Part shown: one piece after another, positions 62,871 through 64,000 of the stretch
How the letters are laid out: the number at the start of each line of letters is the position of its first letter
Numbering within the stretch: the first letter of the stretch is position 1
Assembly: GCA_028534125.1 (NCBI GenBank)
Contig: CM052816.1
Location: 50,532,001-50,596,000 of the forward strand
DNA from: Lama glama
Lineage: Eukaryota
Length of the DNA: 64,000 nt
Direction of reading: 5' to 3'
Program-made: the position numbers and the translations under genes
The notes under the pieces: model-generated
What the model was told of the DNA's origin: nothing
Databases searched by the model: none
What the model saw: only the letters and a program-made list of their open reading frames with translations

Positions 62871-64000
62871 CAACTTCTTACCCCACTTCTGATGGGTCGG
62901 TTGGGAAGGGTGAAGAGGAATAAAGAGAAAAAGAGGAATGTTAAAAGCAACTCAGAGATACTTGTTGCCAAGGACCACCACAGAATCCTCACCTATTTGG
63001 AAGCATCTTTCATGAAACATGTTCTACAACACCACCCCCATGGTGCTGGTCCTCTATGTGCCAATTCTCTTACACTATACCTAGCTACTCAGGAATGTAC
63101 AACATTAAACACGACAGACGCTAGGGCCAAATCGTCAACAATAGTTGGAAACATGTAACTTGGAAAAACAGGTCCTCATTTTGAAATTGAGTCCCAGACA
63201 AAACTTCTGTGATTTTAGATTTGGTGATGAACGATGAACTTGTACCAAGTTCACCAAAGTTCACTTGCAGGGATCCTGGAGAGAGTTAGGAGGAAATCAG
63301 AACCAGCCGAGGTGGCAGTCTGTATACATACATTCATAGGTACAGACCAACCTGCCCCAGTCCTTTGTAGCTTCAGATGGAAACCACAGGAAATGCCATG
63401 GCGTTACACAGCTTTCGCTGGATGCCTGGCCAGTCCAGTGCCTTCTATTTGATCCTGCGCTGACTGCAGGGTGCACATCCTGCCCACAGAAAGTAAGAAG
63501 CTTGAAGAATTAGGTGGGCCCGAACTATTGCACTGTCCCGACTGCCCAAACCTACATTCTGCAAAATTTCTGACAGATGTGATCACCTCACATTTCCATG
63601 TAAATGAGAGCATGAAAGGGGAAATTTGACCTGCTGGAGCTTCCATGATTGGATTTTTCCAGTTGGCATCAACTTCTGTTGCTAGAGGGAATTATTTTAA
63701 AAAGGGGGAAAAAAAAGGCATGAGAGGGAGAAAATGTCTTATCTTACTTCAACAAGATCCGTTTCATTGCAGGTTATCAATTATGTTAGCATGTTGATTC
63801 ACCTGTAGAATGTGTACATTTAATCACAGTTCTGAATTGTTTCGTGGGTAGTATTTAACTTACCAAAGAATAAAAGCTGTGACTGCTAATGCCTTAAGTG
63901 CACTTTTCCTGGTCAAAGAAATCTTTAAAAAAAAAAGTTCAGCATTGCCTCTCTTGGGACTTTTCTCTTTTATACAAGCCAAAGATGCAAAGAGATGCTA

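Noticed and set aside
1..64000. CRISPR arrays, operons or other prokaryotic/defence-type systems
   Set aside because: The sequence is clearly mammalian (spliced gene, SINE/LINE/ERV content), with no regularly spaced repeat-spacer array and no long intact ORF.

Overview
Mammalian genomic DNA, very probably camelid (camel/alpaca lineage), judged from a Vic-1-type tRNA-derived SINE. The window holds the complete TMEM167A (protein kish-A) gene on the + strand. Its four coding exons (2972-2974, 17847-17956, 22421-22455, 26294-26364) splice to a 72-aa ORF and are followed by a probable ~4.2 kb 3'UTR. None of the supplied ORF-track entries corresponds to this gene. TMEM167A shares a GC/CpG-rich, ETS-motif-rich bidirectional promoter (~2400-3400) with what is most likely the non-coding first exon of XRCC4 on the - strand. 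Intron 2 contains the H/ACA scaRNA SCARNA18/U109, with an intact guide pocket for U1 snRNA U6. The rest is intronic or intergenic and repeat-rich: a 5.4 kb antisense L1 with an internal deletion that fuses ORF1 to ORF2 in frame, a 3.1 kb two-LTR ERV1 with only gag and env remnants, MER/Tigger/Charlie DNA elements, MIR/L2/MaLR fragments, and a 500-N gap. I found no convincing wholly new biological system. The best leads are a 44-codon overlapping uORF in TMEM167A, a possible in-frame alternative acceptor in exon 2, the ORF1-ORF2 fused L1, and the unevenly diverged LTR pair. All identifications come from reading the sequence and recalled family knowledge, with no database search.
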